DNA of 64,000 nucleotides, taken from Clostridia bacterium (lineage in GTDB: Bacteria; Bacillota; Clostridia; Oscillospirales; CAG-272). A program made the translations under genes and the position numbers. The stretch's first letter is position 1. Each line of letters starts with the position of its first letter. The notes under the pieces are model-generated. The model saw nothing but the letters and a program-made list of their open reading frames with translations, did no database searches and was not told the origin of the DNA. The DNA lies in assembly GCA_017550315.1 (NCBI GenBank), contig JAFZPN010000167.1, forward strand, positions 2,018 through 66,017, read 5' to 3'. This document shows positions 25,939 to 35,979 of the stretch, piece after piece.

Positions 25939-27150
25939 ATGAAATTCTTCGACAAACTTTTCGGGAGGGTCCGTTCTCCCACCGGGCGCGCCGGGAAACG
26001 CGAGCAGATCCGGATGGTCGAGCAGCAGAAAAGCACCATCATGGGGTGGGACTGGGATCTCTATTCCTCCGACATCGTGCGGTCGGCGATCCGCCCAAAG
26101 GCAAAAGCGATCGGGAAGATGACCATGCACCATATCCGCGAGAATCAGCGGACGCGGGAAAAGGCCGTCGACCCGGAGCCGTATATGCGCTTCCTTCTGC
26201 GCGAGCCGAACGCATACATGACGATGCAGATGATGCTCGAATACATGATCACCCGGAAGGAGCTGACCGGCAATGCCTTCGCGCTGATCGTACGCGATGG
26301 AAACGGGCTCCCGGTGGAGCTCTTCCCCATTCCCGCCGTCACGACGCAGGCCGTCATTGACGAGCGCGGGGAAATCGTTATCCGGTTTACCTTCCGGAAC
26401 GGAAACAAGTCCGAGGTCAAGTACGAGGACTTGATCCACCTCCGCGGCGACTATGCGGAAAACGACATCCTCGGCACAACGCCGAAGCGCGCGCTGTCCG
26501 GGGTGATGGAGGTGATCGCGGCATCCGATCAATCCGTGATTGCCGCCGTCAAGAACTCCTCCGTCGTCCGCTGGATCATGCGGCTGCTCGTCCCGAAGAG
26601 AGACGAAGACGTCAAGGCGGCCGCGGAAAACTTTGCAAAGTCATTCCTGCTGTCGGAGGACGGCGGCTTCGGCGTCGCCGCGCACGACAACACGACAGAG
26701 CTGAAAGAAGTGCAGCCGCATGACTTCGTCCCGAACGCGGCGAACATGGACCGCACGATGAAGCGGGTGCAGGCGTTCTACGGTACGAACGACAAGATCA
26801 TCACGTCGAGCTATACCGAAAACGACTGGCTCGCATACTATGAGGCCGAAGTCGAACCGGACGTGAAACAGATCTCCGAGGAATTCACACGGAAGATCTT
26901 TTCCCGCCGGGAGAGGGCGGTCGGAAATTATATCCTCTGCGAGGCGGCGTCCTTACAATATGCCTCCATGCAGACGAAGCTCTCCCTCGTCTCGTGGGTC
27001 GACCGCGGCGCGATGAGCGTGAACGAACTCCGCGCGCTGCTGACGCTGCCGCCGGTGCCGGGAGGCGACGTGATGGTCCGCCGTCTCGACACGGTGCCAG
27101 TCGACAAACCGGAGGACAAAAATCCCGAGGAAGGAGGTGACGACGAATGA
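25939..27150 (+). CDS. portal protein (HK97 family)
   Basis: Position after the terminase, size (403 aa), typical portal core, and ATGA overlap with the protease gene. Confidence 0.85.
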   Translation: MKFFDKLFGRVRSPTGRAGKREQIRMVEQQKSTIMGWDWDLYSSDIVRSAIRPKAKAIGKMTMHHIRENQRTREKAVDPEPYMRFLLREPNAYMTMQMMLEYMITRKELTGNAFALIVRDGNGLPVELFPIPAVTTQAVIDERGEIVIRFTFRNGNKSEVKYEDLIHLRGDYAENDILGTTPKRALSGVMEVIAASDQSVIAAVKNSSVVRWIMRLLVPKRDEDVKAAAENFAKSFLLSEDGGFGVAAHDNTTELKEVQPHDFVPNAANMDRTMKRVQAFYGTNDKIITSSYTENDWLAYYEAEVEPDVKQISEEFTRKIFSRRERAVGNYILCEAASLQYASMQTKLSLVSWVDRGAMSVNELRALLTLPPVPGGDVMVRRLDTVPVDKPEDKNPEEGGDDE

Positions 27151-27830
27151 AGCTCAAAATCAAAGGTGACATCATCGACAACGACAGCAAATGGATCTAT
27201 GACCTTTTTAAAATCGACGCGACGTGCCCGAAGGACGTCGACGCGATCCTTGACGCCTGCGAAGAAGGAGAACCTCTCGACGTGGAGATCTCCTCCGGCG
27301 GCGGCATGATTCACGCAGGGTCGGAAATCTATACCGCCCTGCTGGATTATAAAAAGGGCCCGGTGACGATCAAGGTGACAGGGCTCGCAGCGTCCGCGGC
27401 GTCCGTGATCGCGATGGCCGGCCGGTGCGAAATGTCGCCGACCGCGCTGATGATGATTCACAATGTGTCCGGCGGCGCGCGCGGTGATTACCGTGACATG
27501 GAGCACTTCGTGGAGGTCCTCAAAACCGCGAACGAATCGCTGATCACGGCATACGCGAGAAAGACCGGCCTGGATCGCAAAGAGCTCGCCCGCATGATGG
27601 ACAAGGAGACCTGGATCACGGCGGAGAGGGCCGTCGAGCTGGGCTTCGCGGATGCGATCATCGGGGATGCCGAGATTGAGCCGCTCGTCGCATCGACGGG
27701 GCTGACGATCAACCCGGAGGCGATCGAGAAAATCCGCGCGATGATGCGTGCGAAAGAAGCAGAAGATACCAAGACCAAAAAGGCCCGCGCATGGGTCGAA
27801 CTTGAAATGCTGAAAGGAGCAGAAAAATGA
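27147..27830 (+). CDS. head maturation protease (ClpP/S14 family)
   Basis: ISSGGGMIHAGSEIY...GLAASAASVIAMAG...MIHN contains the Ser/His ClpP-like motifs. Confidence 0.85.
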   Translation: MKLKIKGDIIDNDSKWIYDLFKIDATCPKDVDAILDACEEGEPLDVEISSGGGMIHAGSEIYTALLDYKKGPVTIKVTGLAASAASVIAMAGRCEMSPTALMMIHNVSGGARGDYRDMEHFVEVLKTANESLITAYARKTGLDRKELARMMDKETWITAERAVELGFADAIIGDAEIEPLVASTGLTINPEAIEKIRAMMRAKEAEDTKTKKARAWVELEMLKGAEK

Positions 27831-29056
27831 GAAGAGAAGAATACCTTGAAAAGCGCGCCGAACTGCTGAATCAGGCGAAGGCCGCGACTGCCGACGGCAA
27901 GCTCGAAGACTTCGAGGCCATGAAGAAGCAGATCGAAGAGCTCGACGCGAAGTTTGAGCTCGAAGCCAAGGCGGAAGCCAACCTTGCCGCCCTGGAAAGA
28001 GGCGTCGTCGTTTCGAAGACGGCGATCGGCGTCGGCGTCGGAACGAAGTCTGAAGACGAAGACGACGAAGCGGCAACCGACACCTACAAAACCGCCTTCC
28101 TGAAGGCGATGATGCACCGCGGCCTGAACGACGCCGAAAAGAAGTCGTTCGCAGCCGTCAACGGCGACGAACTCGTGAACGCTGGCACTCAGACCGCCGC
28201 AAACCATCCCGCCGTGATCCCCGTGACCATGATGCGCGAAATCTGGTCCGAAATGGCGGAGCAGCATCCCATCATCGCGGATTCCGCGGCATCCAGAACA
28301 TACGTCCGCGGAAAGGTGACGATCCCCACCGCCGACGTCAGCGGGGACGGCGAGTGGTACGACGAGGCGACGGCGACCGTGCCGAGCGCAATCACGAGCG
28401 CAAACATCGAGCTCGACGGACACGAGCTGGCCAAGGCCGTGACCATTTCGTGGAAGCTCTACGAAATGTCCCTCGAAGACTTCGAGGCATTCCTCCGTAG
28501 AAAGCTCGCCGAGAAGATGGGAAACGCGATCGCGACCGCGTTCGTGACCGGCCCCGGCATCCCCGGCCAGGGCGATTCCTTCAAGCCGCAGCCGCTCGGT
28601 GTCATCACCGCCCTCGAAGCGGAGACCTCCACCCCGCAGGTCATCACCTACACCGCGGCGAACGGCATTTCCTATGCCAACCTGACGGCGGGCATGGGCG
28701 TGCTGCTCTCCGGCTATGTTTCCGGCTCCGCGATCTACGCGAAGAGCACCACGATCTGGACGCTGCTCGCGAACATCCTCGACACCACAAAGCGCCCGAT
28801 CTTTGTCCCTGACGTAACCGCGGGCGGCGTGGGCCGTATGTTCGGGATCCCGGTCAAGGCGGAAGACGCCGTTCCGACGGGCAAGGTTCTCGGCGGCAAC
28901 TACGCGCGCGGCTACGTTTCCAACGTGAACCGCGACGTCGAGATCCTCACCGAAGATCATGTTCTCGCCAGGACGACCGACTACAGCGCGTACGCGATCC
29001 TCGACGGCAAACCGATGACGACGAAGGCATTCTTCCTCATCGAGCCGAGCACCTGA
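27827..29056 (+). CDS. major capsid protein (HK97 fold)
   Basis: N-terminal coiled-coil delta-like domain followed by a ~300-aa capsid core. Sits after the protease with an ATGA overlap. Confidence 0.85.
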   Translation: MRREEYLEKRAELLNQAKAATADGKLEDFEAMKKQIEELDAKFELEAKAEANLAALERGVVVSKTAIGVGVGTKSEDEDDEAATDTYKTAFLKAMMHRGLNDAEKKSFAAVNGDELVNAGTQTAANHPAVIPVTMMREIWSEMAEQHPIIADSAASRTYVRGKVTIPTADVSGDGEWYDEATATVPSAITSANIELDGHELAKAVTISWKLYEMSLEDFEAFLRRKLAEKMGNAIATAFVTGPGIPGQGDSFKPQPLGVITALEAETSTPQVITYTAANGISYANLTAGMGVLLSGYVSGSAIYAKSTTIWTLLANILDTTKRPIFVPDVTAGGVGRMFGIPVKAEDAVPTGKVLGGNYARGYVSNVNRDVEILTEDHVLARTTDYSAYAILDGKPMTTKAFFLIEPST

Positions 29057-29080
29057 CCATAACGAAAGGAGGCGGAGAGC

Positions 29081-29371
29081 ATGACGGAGGAGGTACTGAG
29101 AGAGGCTCGGCTTGCGGCGGGCATCGCATCCGATGACGACACGCACGATTCGACCGTGACGGCGCTGATTCTGGCGTGCTCCGCTGACCTCAAATCCGCG
29201 GGTGTTCCCCGGCCCGTGGAGAGCCACCCACTCTATACGCAGGCCGTCCGGTTTTATATCCACGCCTACGGCTGGACTGAACCGGACGCCGAGCGCTGGG
29301 GGAAATGCTATGAAAATCTCCGTGCGATGATGCGCCACGATACGGGAGGCACCTATGCCGGGAGCCGTTGA
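29081..29371 (+). CDS. head-tail connector (gp6-like)
   Basis: Size, position and the LREARLAAGIASDDDTHDSTVTALILA pattern of gp6-like connectors. Confidence 0.6.
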   Translation: MTEEVLREARLAAGIASDDDTHDSTVTALILACSADLKSAGVPRPVESHPLYTQAVRFYIHAYGWTEPDAERWGKCYENLRAMMRHDTGGTYAGSR

Positions 29372-29621
29372 ACACACTTCCGTCACGATCGGCGGAAAGC
29401 GCGTCCCTGCGCAGAAAACGGAGATCACACAGCGCGAATACTTCCAGGCGGCAGCGGTAGGTCTCAAGCCTTCCGCGCGCTACACCGTGCGGGGTGACTA
29501 CTACAACGGAGAAGACCGGCTGACGACGCACAAGGGCGAGGTCCTCGCGATCTACCGGAGCTATCGGGACGGCGCATGGGTCGAGCTCTACTGCGAACGG
29601 AGGACGGGCGTGCATGGGTAA
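29355..29621 (+). CDS. head closure / head-tail adaptor protein
   Basis: Size and position. SPP1 gp16-like pattern ...YTVRGDYY...LAIYRSY. Confidence 0.55.
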   Translation: MPGAVEHTSVTIGGKRVPAQKTEITQREYFQAAAVGLKPSARYTVRGDYYNGEDRLTTHKGEVLAIYRSYRDGAWVELYCERRTGVHG

Positions 29622-30018
29622 AACGTACACAATCGACCTCGTCGGGCAGGCGGTCGAAGACGCCGTCCGGGGCTATGTCAAAGGCGCGGGCGCGGCGGTA
29701 AAGCGGGCCGTGGAACGATGCGCGGCAGAAACGAACGCGGAGATCAAAGCGCACTCAATCTTCAAGCGAAGGACGGGCGCGTATGAAAAGGCGTTTGCGC
29801 TGAAAGTCGTCCACGTCGACGAAATGAACGAGCGGATCCGCTGGTATGTCAAGGCGCCGCACTATCGGCTCACGCACCTGCTCGAATTCGGGCACCGCAT
29901 CGTCGACCGAAACGGGCGGATGCACGGAACGAAGAGGCCGATCCCGCACATCGAATACGGCGAAGCGCTCGCGCAGAAACGTCTTCCGCAGCTCATCGAG
30001 GAGGAAATGCAGAAATGA
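29614..30018 (+). CDS. HK97 gp10-family tail component
   Basis: AETNAEIKAHSIFKRRTGAYEKAF and HLLEFGH motifs. Confidence 0.6.
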   Translation: MGKTYTIDLVGQAVEDAVRGYVKGAGAAVKRAVERCAAETNAEIKAHSIFKRRTGAYEKAFALKVVHVDEMNERIRWYVKAPHYRLTHLLEFGHRIVDRNGRMHGTKRPIPHIEYGEALAQKRLPQLIEEEMQK

Positions 30019-30347
30019 CGCGTGACACTATCGAAGCGATTCTCACAGCGCTTGACATCCCCTTCGGGTACGGCGATCTCACCAATCCGATGACGCCGTA
30101 CGCCGCGTATTATGTTCAGGACACCGTCTTCACGGCTCCGGATGATTACGGCGGCGTGACAACACGAGAGGACAACGCGACGATCGAGCTGTACACGACC
30201 GGAAAGGACTGGGAGCTTGAGGACAGGCTCGAAGCCATGATCGAGCAATACAGCCCGCGCAAGCACGAGGAGCGGAACTACTACGAGGAGGTGTGGCAGA
30301 TCACCTACACCTTCACGATCAAAACAAAGAAAAGGAGAATATCATGA
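30015..30347 (+). CDS. tail completion/terminator-like protein
   Basis: Assigned from position only. ATGA overlaps on both sides. Confidence 0.4.
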   Translation: MTRDTIEAILTALDIPFGYGDLTNPMTPYAAYYVQDTVFTAPDDYGGVTTREDNATIELYTTGKDWELEDRLEAMIEQYSPRKHEERNYYEEVWQITYTFTIKTKKRRIS

Positions 30348-30901
30348 GCGATAAAATCGTTCTGGGGTCCGGCTATCTGTACGTAACCGAATTCACGGGC
30401 GGGACCATTCCCGCCGACAACGTGATCGAAGTCGACGCAAACCGGCTCGGATATATCAAGGGCGGCGCGACGCTTACCTATACGCCAACCTGGTACAAGG
30501 CGATCGACGACATGGGGCGCGTCTCGAAGTCGATCAAGACCGACGAAGTGGCGACGCTGAAATCCGGCATCATGACGTGGGACGGCGAAACGCTGAAAAA
30601 ACTCGTTTCCAACGCGCGGCTGACGACCCAGGCGGCGACATCTTCCGCAGCCGGAAAGCGGACGCTCAAAATCGGCGGCGGATCTGACGACGGGAAGATG
30701 TACCTCATCCGCTTCCTCCATCCGGACGCGGCGGACGGGGACATGCGCGTCACCGTCATCGGAAAGAATCAGGCGGGCTTCGAGATCGCCTTCGCGAAGG
30801 AAAACGAAACGGTCATCGACGCGGAGTTCACGGCATTCCCGGCGGACAGCGACGGGACGCTCATTCAGATCGACGAGACGATTCCGCAGCTCTCGGCATA
30901 A
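30344..30901 (+). CDS. major tail protein
   Basis: Position upstream of the chaperone and tape measure, 185 aa, beta-rich. Confidence 0.6.
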   Translation: MSDKIVLGSGYLYVTEFTGGTIPADNVIEVDANRLGYIKGGATLTYTPTWYKAIDDMGRVSKSIKTDEVATLKSGIMTWDGETLKKLVSNARLTTQAATSSAAGKRTLKIGGGSDDGKMYLIRFLHPDAADGDMRVTVIGKNQAGFEIAFAKENETVIDAEFTAFPADSDGTLIQIDETIPQLSA

Positions 30902-30913
30902 TCGGAGGCAAAC

Positions 30914-31210
30914 ATGCTGACGCTGAAAACGAAGGACATCCCGACCCTTGAGATCGAGCTTTTGAGCGGGGAGCAGATCCACGTGCTTCCCGCGACGAAG
31001 CGCATCATTGACAGCATGGCGGGATTCGATCCGAAAAGCAGAAACACAGGCGAGATGTACAAGCTCCTCGCGGTGATTCTCTCGCACAATCGGGAAAACA
31101 TCCCGGTCACGGTGGAGGATCTCGAGGACGTCCCGGTGTCGACCATCGCCGAGATCATGCGAGAGTACACCGCTTTCATCAACGGCAAAATCAACAGCGC
31201 AAAAAACTGA
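30914..31210 (+). CDS. tail assembly chaperone (G-like)
   Basis: Position directly before the tape measure. Ends in the slippery A_AAA_AAC followed by TGA. Confidence 0.6.
   Translation: MLTLKTKDIPTLEIELLSGEQIHVLPATKRIIDSMAGFDPKSRNTGEMYKLLAVILSHNRENIPVTVEDLEDVPVSTIAEIMREYTAFINGKINSAKN
31201..31207 (+). promoter_or_regulatory. -1 programmed ribosomal frameshift slippery heptamer AAAAAAC
   Basis: A_AAA_AAC sits immediately before stop 31208-31210. The -1 frame is open for 90 codons. Confidence 0.6.
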
Positions 31211-31479
31211 CGATCCCGTACTATCCCTCCGGGGATGGTACGGGACAATACGATACAGAGACGAGAGCCGAGAAGCTGGTCGCCGATTATGCGCGGATCT
31301 CCATCTTCGAGGTCGAGGACCTCTGTTATTATACCTATCGGCTCCTGCTCCGCGACGCGGTGATCCACGCCTGCGAGAGCACGCCGTCCGGGCGCGAATA
31401 CCTTGAAAAGTGCTGGACGCTGGAACAGACGGAGCCGGACCGCGAGAAACTCCGCGAAGTCTTCGGGAAAGGAGAGTGA
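31207..31479 (+). CDS. -1 frameshift extension of the tail assembly chaperone (G-T type fusion with 30914..31207)
   Basis: ATG-less open frame LTIPYYPSGDG...REVFGKGE ending at TGA 31477-31479, just before the tape measure ATG. Confidence 0.55.
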   Translation: MTIPYYPSGDGTGQYDTETRAEKLVADYARISIFEVEDLCYYTYRLLLRDAVIHACESTPSGREYLEKCWTLEQTEPDREKLREVFGKGE

Positions 31480-31483
31480 CGTC

Positions 31484-33595
31484 ATGGCAGATAAGATCCA
31501 GGGAATCACCGTCGAGATCGGCGGCGACACAACGGGCCTGTCGAACGCGCTGAAAGACATAAACAAGGAATCGAACAGCCTGTCCAAAGAGCTGCGCGAC
31601 GTCGAAAAACTTCTCAAGCTCGACCCGACGAACACGGAGCTCCTCGCCCAGAAGCAGGAGCTTCTTGCAAAACAGGCGGAAACGGCGGCAAAGCGCGTCG
31701 ACGCCGTGAAACAGGCCCAGGACGCGATGAACAAGATGATCGCGTCCGGGGAGATCGAAAAAGGATCCGCGGAGTACCGGAAGTTCGAGCGGGAAGTCGC
31801 GAGCGCAGAGGCGAGCCTCAAGAAGGCCGAGGACGCGCAGAAAGAATTCGGGAAGCAGCATTCTGCGATCGCAAAAGTCAAGGAAGCCGTCGCGGGCGTA
31901 AAGGACAAGCTCGACGATCTCAAGAACACGAAATTCGGGGAGGCTGTCTCCGCGGGCTTCGACGCGATCAAGAGCGCGGCAAAGGCGACCGTGGACGCTG
32001 TCGCCGTGGTAGGAGCAGCCGTCGCCGCCGGGATCGGCGCAGGCGCAAAGGTGATCGCGGACGCGACGACATCCGCCGCCGTATATGCCGACAATTTCGC
32101 GACGCTCTCCGTCCAGACAGGCGTCGCGACGGATACCTTGCAAGCCTACGCCGCTGTCTCGGAGCTCGTCGACGTTTCCACAGAAACGCTGACCGGCTCC
32201 ATGACGAAAAACTTTCAGGCGATGCAGAAGGCGGCGGACGGAAATGAGAAGCTCACGGCAGCTTATCAGACGCTCGGCGTAACCGTCACCGACGAAAACG
32301 GGAAACTGCGCGACAGCGAGACCGTTTACTGGGAAATGATCGACGCCCTCGGGCAAGTCGAGGACGAAACGGAGCGCGACGCGCTTGCGATGGAGATCTT
32401 CGGCAAAAGCGCGAAGGAGCTGAACCCGCTGATCGAAACCGGAAGCGAAGCACTTCACGGCATGATGGAGGAGGCAAAGGCTTCCGGCGCGGTGCTTTCG
32501 GAGGAGACGCTCTCTTCCCTGCTCGAAGTTTCCGACGCGATGGAAAAGGCGAAGACCGGCGCGGAAGCTGTGCAGAACAATTTCGGCGCACTCGGCGCGA
32601 CGCTGATGACCGAGGTGTATTCCGGAATTTCGGAAGTCGAAAGCGCGTTCACCGCGATGATCGCGGCGGCGGCAAACGGCGAAGAAATCACCGACGAAAT
32701 GAAGGAGAATTTCGCAAACTCCATCGTCGAAATGGTCCGCGGCGTGGCCGAGGCGCTCCCTGCCCTGCTTGAGGCCCTCGCAGAGATATTCGAGGCGGCG
32801 CTTGAAGCGATCGGAGAAGCCCTGCCGATGATTTCGGAGACGCTGATCAAATACCTGCCGCAGCTCACGCAGACGATTTTGTCCTTTCTTCCGACGATCC
32901 TCGAGGTGGGCTTGCAGCTGTTCCTTGCCCTGATCGGAGCGCTGCCGGAGATCATCAAACAGATCTGCGCAGCCATTCCTCAGATTATCACGGCACTTGT
33001 GGACGTTCTGCTGTCGGATCAAATGATCAATCAGATCATCGAAGCGGGGATCGAGCTGCTCATCGCGCTCGTCGAGAACCTGCCGCAGATCATCAAAACC
33101 ATCGTCGCCGCGATCCCGAAGATCATTTCGGCGCTCGTCAAAGCGTTCACCGATAACAAGGATAAAATCAAAGAGGTCGGCACCGACCTGATCAAGGGCC
33201 TGTGGGAAGGTATAAAAGATATGGCGGGCTGGATCAAGGAAAAGGTATCGGGATTTTTCAGCGGCGTCGTCGACAGCGTGAAGGACTTCCTCGGCATCCA
33301 TTCCCCGTCGAAAGTTTTCCGGGATGAGATCGGGCGGATGCTCGCGCTCGGCATCGGAGAGGGATTCGAGGACGAGATGAAGGAGGTCCGCGCGGACATG
33401 GAAGACGCGATCCCGACGAGCTTCGACACGGAAGTCAATACCGCATGGGGCGCGATCACGGGAGGTTTCGGCGACGTGTTCGACGTCACAATCCCCTTTA
33501 TGATCGGCGCCGAAAAAATCACGACGGCGGTGTCCCGCGTGCAGTATAACCGGCAGACGGGGCAGGCGCGCGTCCTGGGGGTAACATACGCATGA
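31484..33595 (+). CDS. tail tape measure protein
   Basis: 703 aa, Ala/Glu/Lys-rich helical. N-terminal ITVEIGGDTTGLSNALKDINKE is a typical TMP start. Confidence 0.85.
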   Translation: MADKIQGITVEIGGDTTGLSNALKDINKESNSLSKELRDVEKLLKLDPTNTELLAQKQELLAKQAETAAKRVDAVKQAQDAMNKMIASGEIEKGSAEYRKFEREVASAEASLKKAEDAQKEFGKQHSAIAKVKEAVAGVKDKLDDLKNTKFGEAVSAGFDAIKSAAKATVDAVAVVGAAVAAGIGAGAKVIADATTSAAVYADNFATLSVQTGVATDTLQAYAAVSELVDVSTETLTGSMTKNFQAMQKAADGNEKLTAAYQTLGVTVTDENGKLRDSETVYWEMIDALGQVEDETERDALAMEIFGKSAKELNPLIETGSEALHGMMEEAKASGAVLSEETLSSLLEVSDAMEKAKTGAEAVQNNFGALGATLMTEVYSGISEVESAFTAMIAAAANGEEITDEMKENFANSIVEMVRGVAEALPALLEALAEIFEAALEAIGEALPMISETLIKYLPQLTQTILSFLPTILEVGLQLFLALIGALPEIIKQICAAIPQIITALVDVLLSDQMINQIIEAGIELLIALVENLPQIIKTIVAAIPKIISALVKAFTDNKDKIKEVGTDLIKGLWEGIKDMAGWIKEKVSGFFSGVVDSVKDFLGIHSPSKVFRDEIGRMLALGIGEGFEDEMKEVRADMEDAIPTSFDTEVNTAWGAITGGFGDVFDVTIPFMIGAEKITTAVSRVQYNRQTGQARVLGVTYA

Positions 33596-35298
33596 GCAAA
33601 ATCTATCTCAACAGCGGAGGCGAGAGGCACGCGCTGGAGCACATCGGAGAGGGCGCGGCCCTGACCGAGGCCCTGAGCGGAGAGCAGACCCTCCGCTTCA
33701 CCGTTTTACCGGAGGATCTGAAATTCCTGACGGAAGGGATCCCGCTTCTCGAAAACAACGACGAACCGATCCTGACAAACGACGACCTCGTGATCTACGC
33801 CAGCAGCCTTGCGAAATTCTACGGAGCAGCGCTGGTGGAATTCGAGGGGCAATATTATGATATCGCATCGGTGCGGCTTTCCGGAAATCACCTTGCGGCC
33901 TTCGCGGAGGTGAGCACGGAGCACGTCACCTACAGGCTCAACCGCCCGGAATACAACATTCAAAGCCTCAACCTCGGCGGGACATACGCGCAGGTCCTCG
34001 CGCGGATCCTCGACGGAACGGAATTCACGCCGGGGACGACGCCGACCGGGACGCTCGACACGACCGTGATCGAAGGCGTCACGCGCCGCGAAGCGCTCAA
34101 CACCGTCGCCGAGCTGATGGGCGGGGAGCTGGACTTCGACGGGTGGACCGTCAACGTCGTCGCACATCGCGGAAGCACGCAGCGCGTCGACCTGATGGCG
34201 ACCGGGAATATCTCCGCGGTGGAGGTAGACGAAAATCTCGTCACGGGTGAGACTGCGTACCGCGTCGGCCTGATCCAGCGCGGCAGCCTTGCCGTCGGCG
34301 ACGAGGTGAAGATCGTGTTCCGACCGTTCGGCCTCGACGCCGAGACGCGGATCATCGAAATGACGCGGAATCCGTACAAGGAAACGGAATGCACGATCAC
34401 CGTCGGCGCGCACATCCCGGAGATCACGGACACCTTTGTCGACGTGACGCGGAAGGTGCTTTATAAATCCGAAGCCGATATCACGATCAGTAAATACATC
34501 AACTCCGCCGAGGGGACCGCTGAACTTGTGGCGGCGCTCTCCGGATCTTACGTGACGCAGTCGCAGCTCGAGGATTATCCGACGTTTTCGGAGCTGGACG
34601 CTGAGATCGGCGCATACATCGACGGACAGGAAGGGACCGCGAAGATCATTTCGGCGGCCTCCGGGACCTATCAGACCATCGCAGACATGAGCGACTATGC
34701 GACAACGCAGGCCGTGAGCACGGCGATCACGCAGGCGGTCAGCCCCGTCGCTGCTGAGATCGACATGACGGCGGCGTACGGAAGCGGGACGATCGGGTCG
34801 GAAGTCCGCGCGCTGCTCCAACTTGTCGCAAACCCGGACAGCTCGCAGATCATGCTCAAGGCGTCAAAAATCACGCTGGACGGAGACCTGCACGTGCAAA
34901 AAGTCTTCTACTACGACGGCACAAATTATTATTTGATGCTGACCGGGCAGATGGAAAGCGAAGCAACAATCACGCACGTCGGACCGAAAGACATTGACCC
35001 GAATGCAACAGGAGTCCAAATCGCACAAAGGACTTTCATCTATGGGACGCAGATCATCTTCGGAATCGGCAGTAAAAACCTTTTAACGGACAGCGACAGC
35101 CTTCTTGTAATTCCTTCAACGCATAGAATTATTCCGAATACTGACGAAGTATGGACACTCGGAACAAACAGCAGCATTTTCTCCGCAGTATTTTCAAGAT
35201 ATTACTATTTTCACGACGGAACATATTTGCACACGTCGGCAGGTGGCACGCGCCTGTATTGGCACGACAGCAACGACGACGACAGAAGGATTTTCTGA
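33592..35298 (+). CDS. tail-associated minor structural protein (Tal-like)
   Basis: ATGA overlap with the TMP. N-terminal pattern ...LSGEQTLRFTV...YYDIASVRL...EHVTYRL resembles phage minor structural protein N-terminal regions. Confidence 0.5.
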   Translation: MSKIYLNSGGERHALEHIGEGAALTEALSGEQTLRFTVLPEDLKFLTEGIPLLENNDEPILTNDDLVIYASSLAKFYGAALVEFEGQYYDIASVRLSGNHLAAFAEVSTEHVTYRLNRPEYNIQSLNLGGTYAQVLARILDGTEFTPGTTPTGTLDTTVIEGVTRREALNTVAELMGGELDFDGWTVNVVAHRGSTQRVDLMATGNISAVEVDENLVTGETAYRVGLIQRGSLAVGDEVKIVFRPFGLDAETRIIEMTRNPYKETECTITVGAHIPEITDTFVDVTRKVLYKSEADITISKYINSAEGTAELVAALSGSYVTQSQLEDYPTFSELDAEIGAYIDGQEGTAKIISAASGTYQTIADMSDYATTQAVSTAITQAVSPVAAEIDMTAAYGSGTIGSEVRALLQLVANPDSSQIMLKASKITLDGDLHVQKVFYYDGTNYYLMLTGQMESEATITHVGPKDIDPNATGVQIAQRTFIYGTQIIFGIGSKNLLTDSDSLLVIPSTHRIIPNTDEVWTLGTNSSIFSAVFSRYYYFHDGTYLHTSAGGTRLYWHDSNDDDRRIF

Positions 35299-35308
35299 GG
35301 AGATCAAC

Positions 35309-35689
35309 ATGAAACAGATACAGATTTTCAACGCGATCCCGGCGCTCCGAAAGCTCGCAGCAGCGGAAGGACTTCCGGGAAGGCAGCTCTTCGACCTCGT
35401 GCGCCTGACGCACGAGGCGGAGAGGGAAGCCGAGATCTTACGCGCGGCCTCCTCGAAGGTGTACGCCGAATGCGGGATCAAAGATGGGAAGACATACCGG
35501 GTGACGCCGGGAAAAGAAAAAGAGCTCGTCGAAAGGCTCACGGAAATCGGAGAAGCGGAGGCCGAGGGGATCCGGGAGATCACCCTCGACTATCGCGAGA
35601 GCATGAACCTGTCCGCCAACGACATCGCCGCACTCGAAGGAATCGTCCGGCTGACCTGCCGGGATGAAGAAGCGAAAGAGGAAAAATGA
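35309..35689 (+). CDS. hypothetical tail-module protein
   Basis: RBS GAGGAG. Weakly similar to the next ORF. Confidence 0.45.
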   Translation: MKQIQIFNAIPALRKLAAAEGLPGRQLFDLVRLTHEAEREAEILRAASSKVYAECGIKDGKTYRVTPGKEKELVERLTEIGEAEAEGIREITLDYRESMNLSANDIAALEGIVRLTCRDEEAKEEK

Positions 35690-35979
35690 TGGAAAACGAA
35701 AGAATCCTCAAAGCGCGCCTCGGCCTCGCAAAACTGGCAAACACGGAATTCCCCGCCCCGATCCTCGACCTTCTCACGCCGACGCTCGACGCGGCGGATC
35801 CAGTGATCGGCGAAGCGCTGAAACTCGACGCGGCGGAAGAGAGCGAGGAGCTCAAAAAGTTCCTCAAGAAAGAAACGGATATTCCGGTCTGTGTTCTGCC
35901 GAGCCTGCCAGACATCCGCATGACATACATCGATCGGAGAAACCTGCGCGGGATCGTGGAGTTTGAGGAGGTAGTATAA
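35686..35979 (+). CDS. hypothetical tail-module protein
   Basis: ATGA overlap upstream and TAATG overlap downstream. Confidence 0.45.
   Translation: MMENERILKARLGLAKLANTEFPAPILDLLTPTLDAADPVIGEALKLDAAEESEELKKFLKKETDIPVCVLPSLPDIRMTYIDRRNLRGIVEFEEVV

Noticed and set aside
27488-29467. 659-aa minus-strand ORF over the protease, capsid and connector genes
   Set aside because: It is antisense to clearly identifiable ClpP-protease and HK97 capsid genes. Shadow ORF.
30305-33301. 998-aa minus-strand ORF spanning the tail genes and tape measure
   Set aside because: It is antisense to a coherent, translationally coupled plus-strand structural operon with recognisable products. Its sequence is Arg/Asp/Leu-rich low complexity, typical of shadow ORFs in high-GC DNA.
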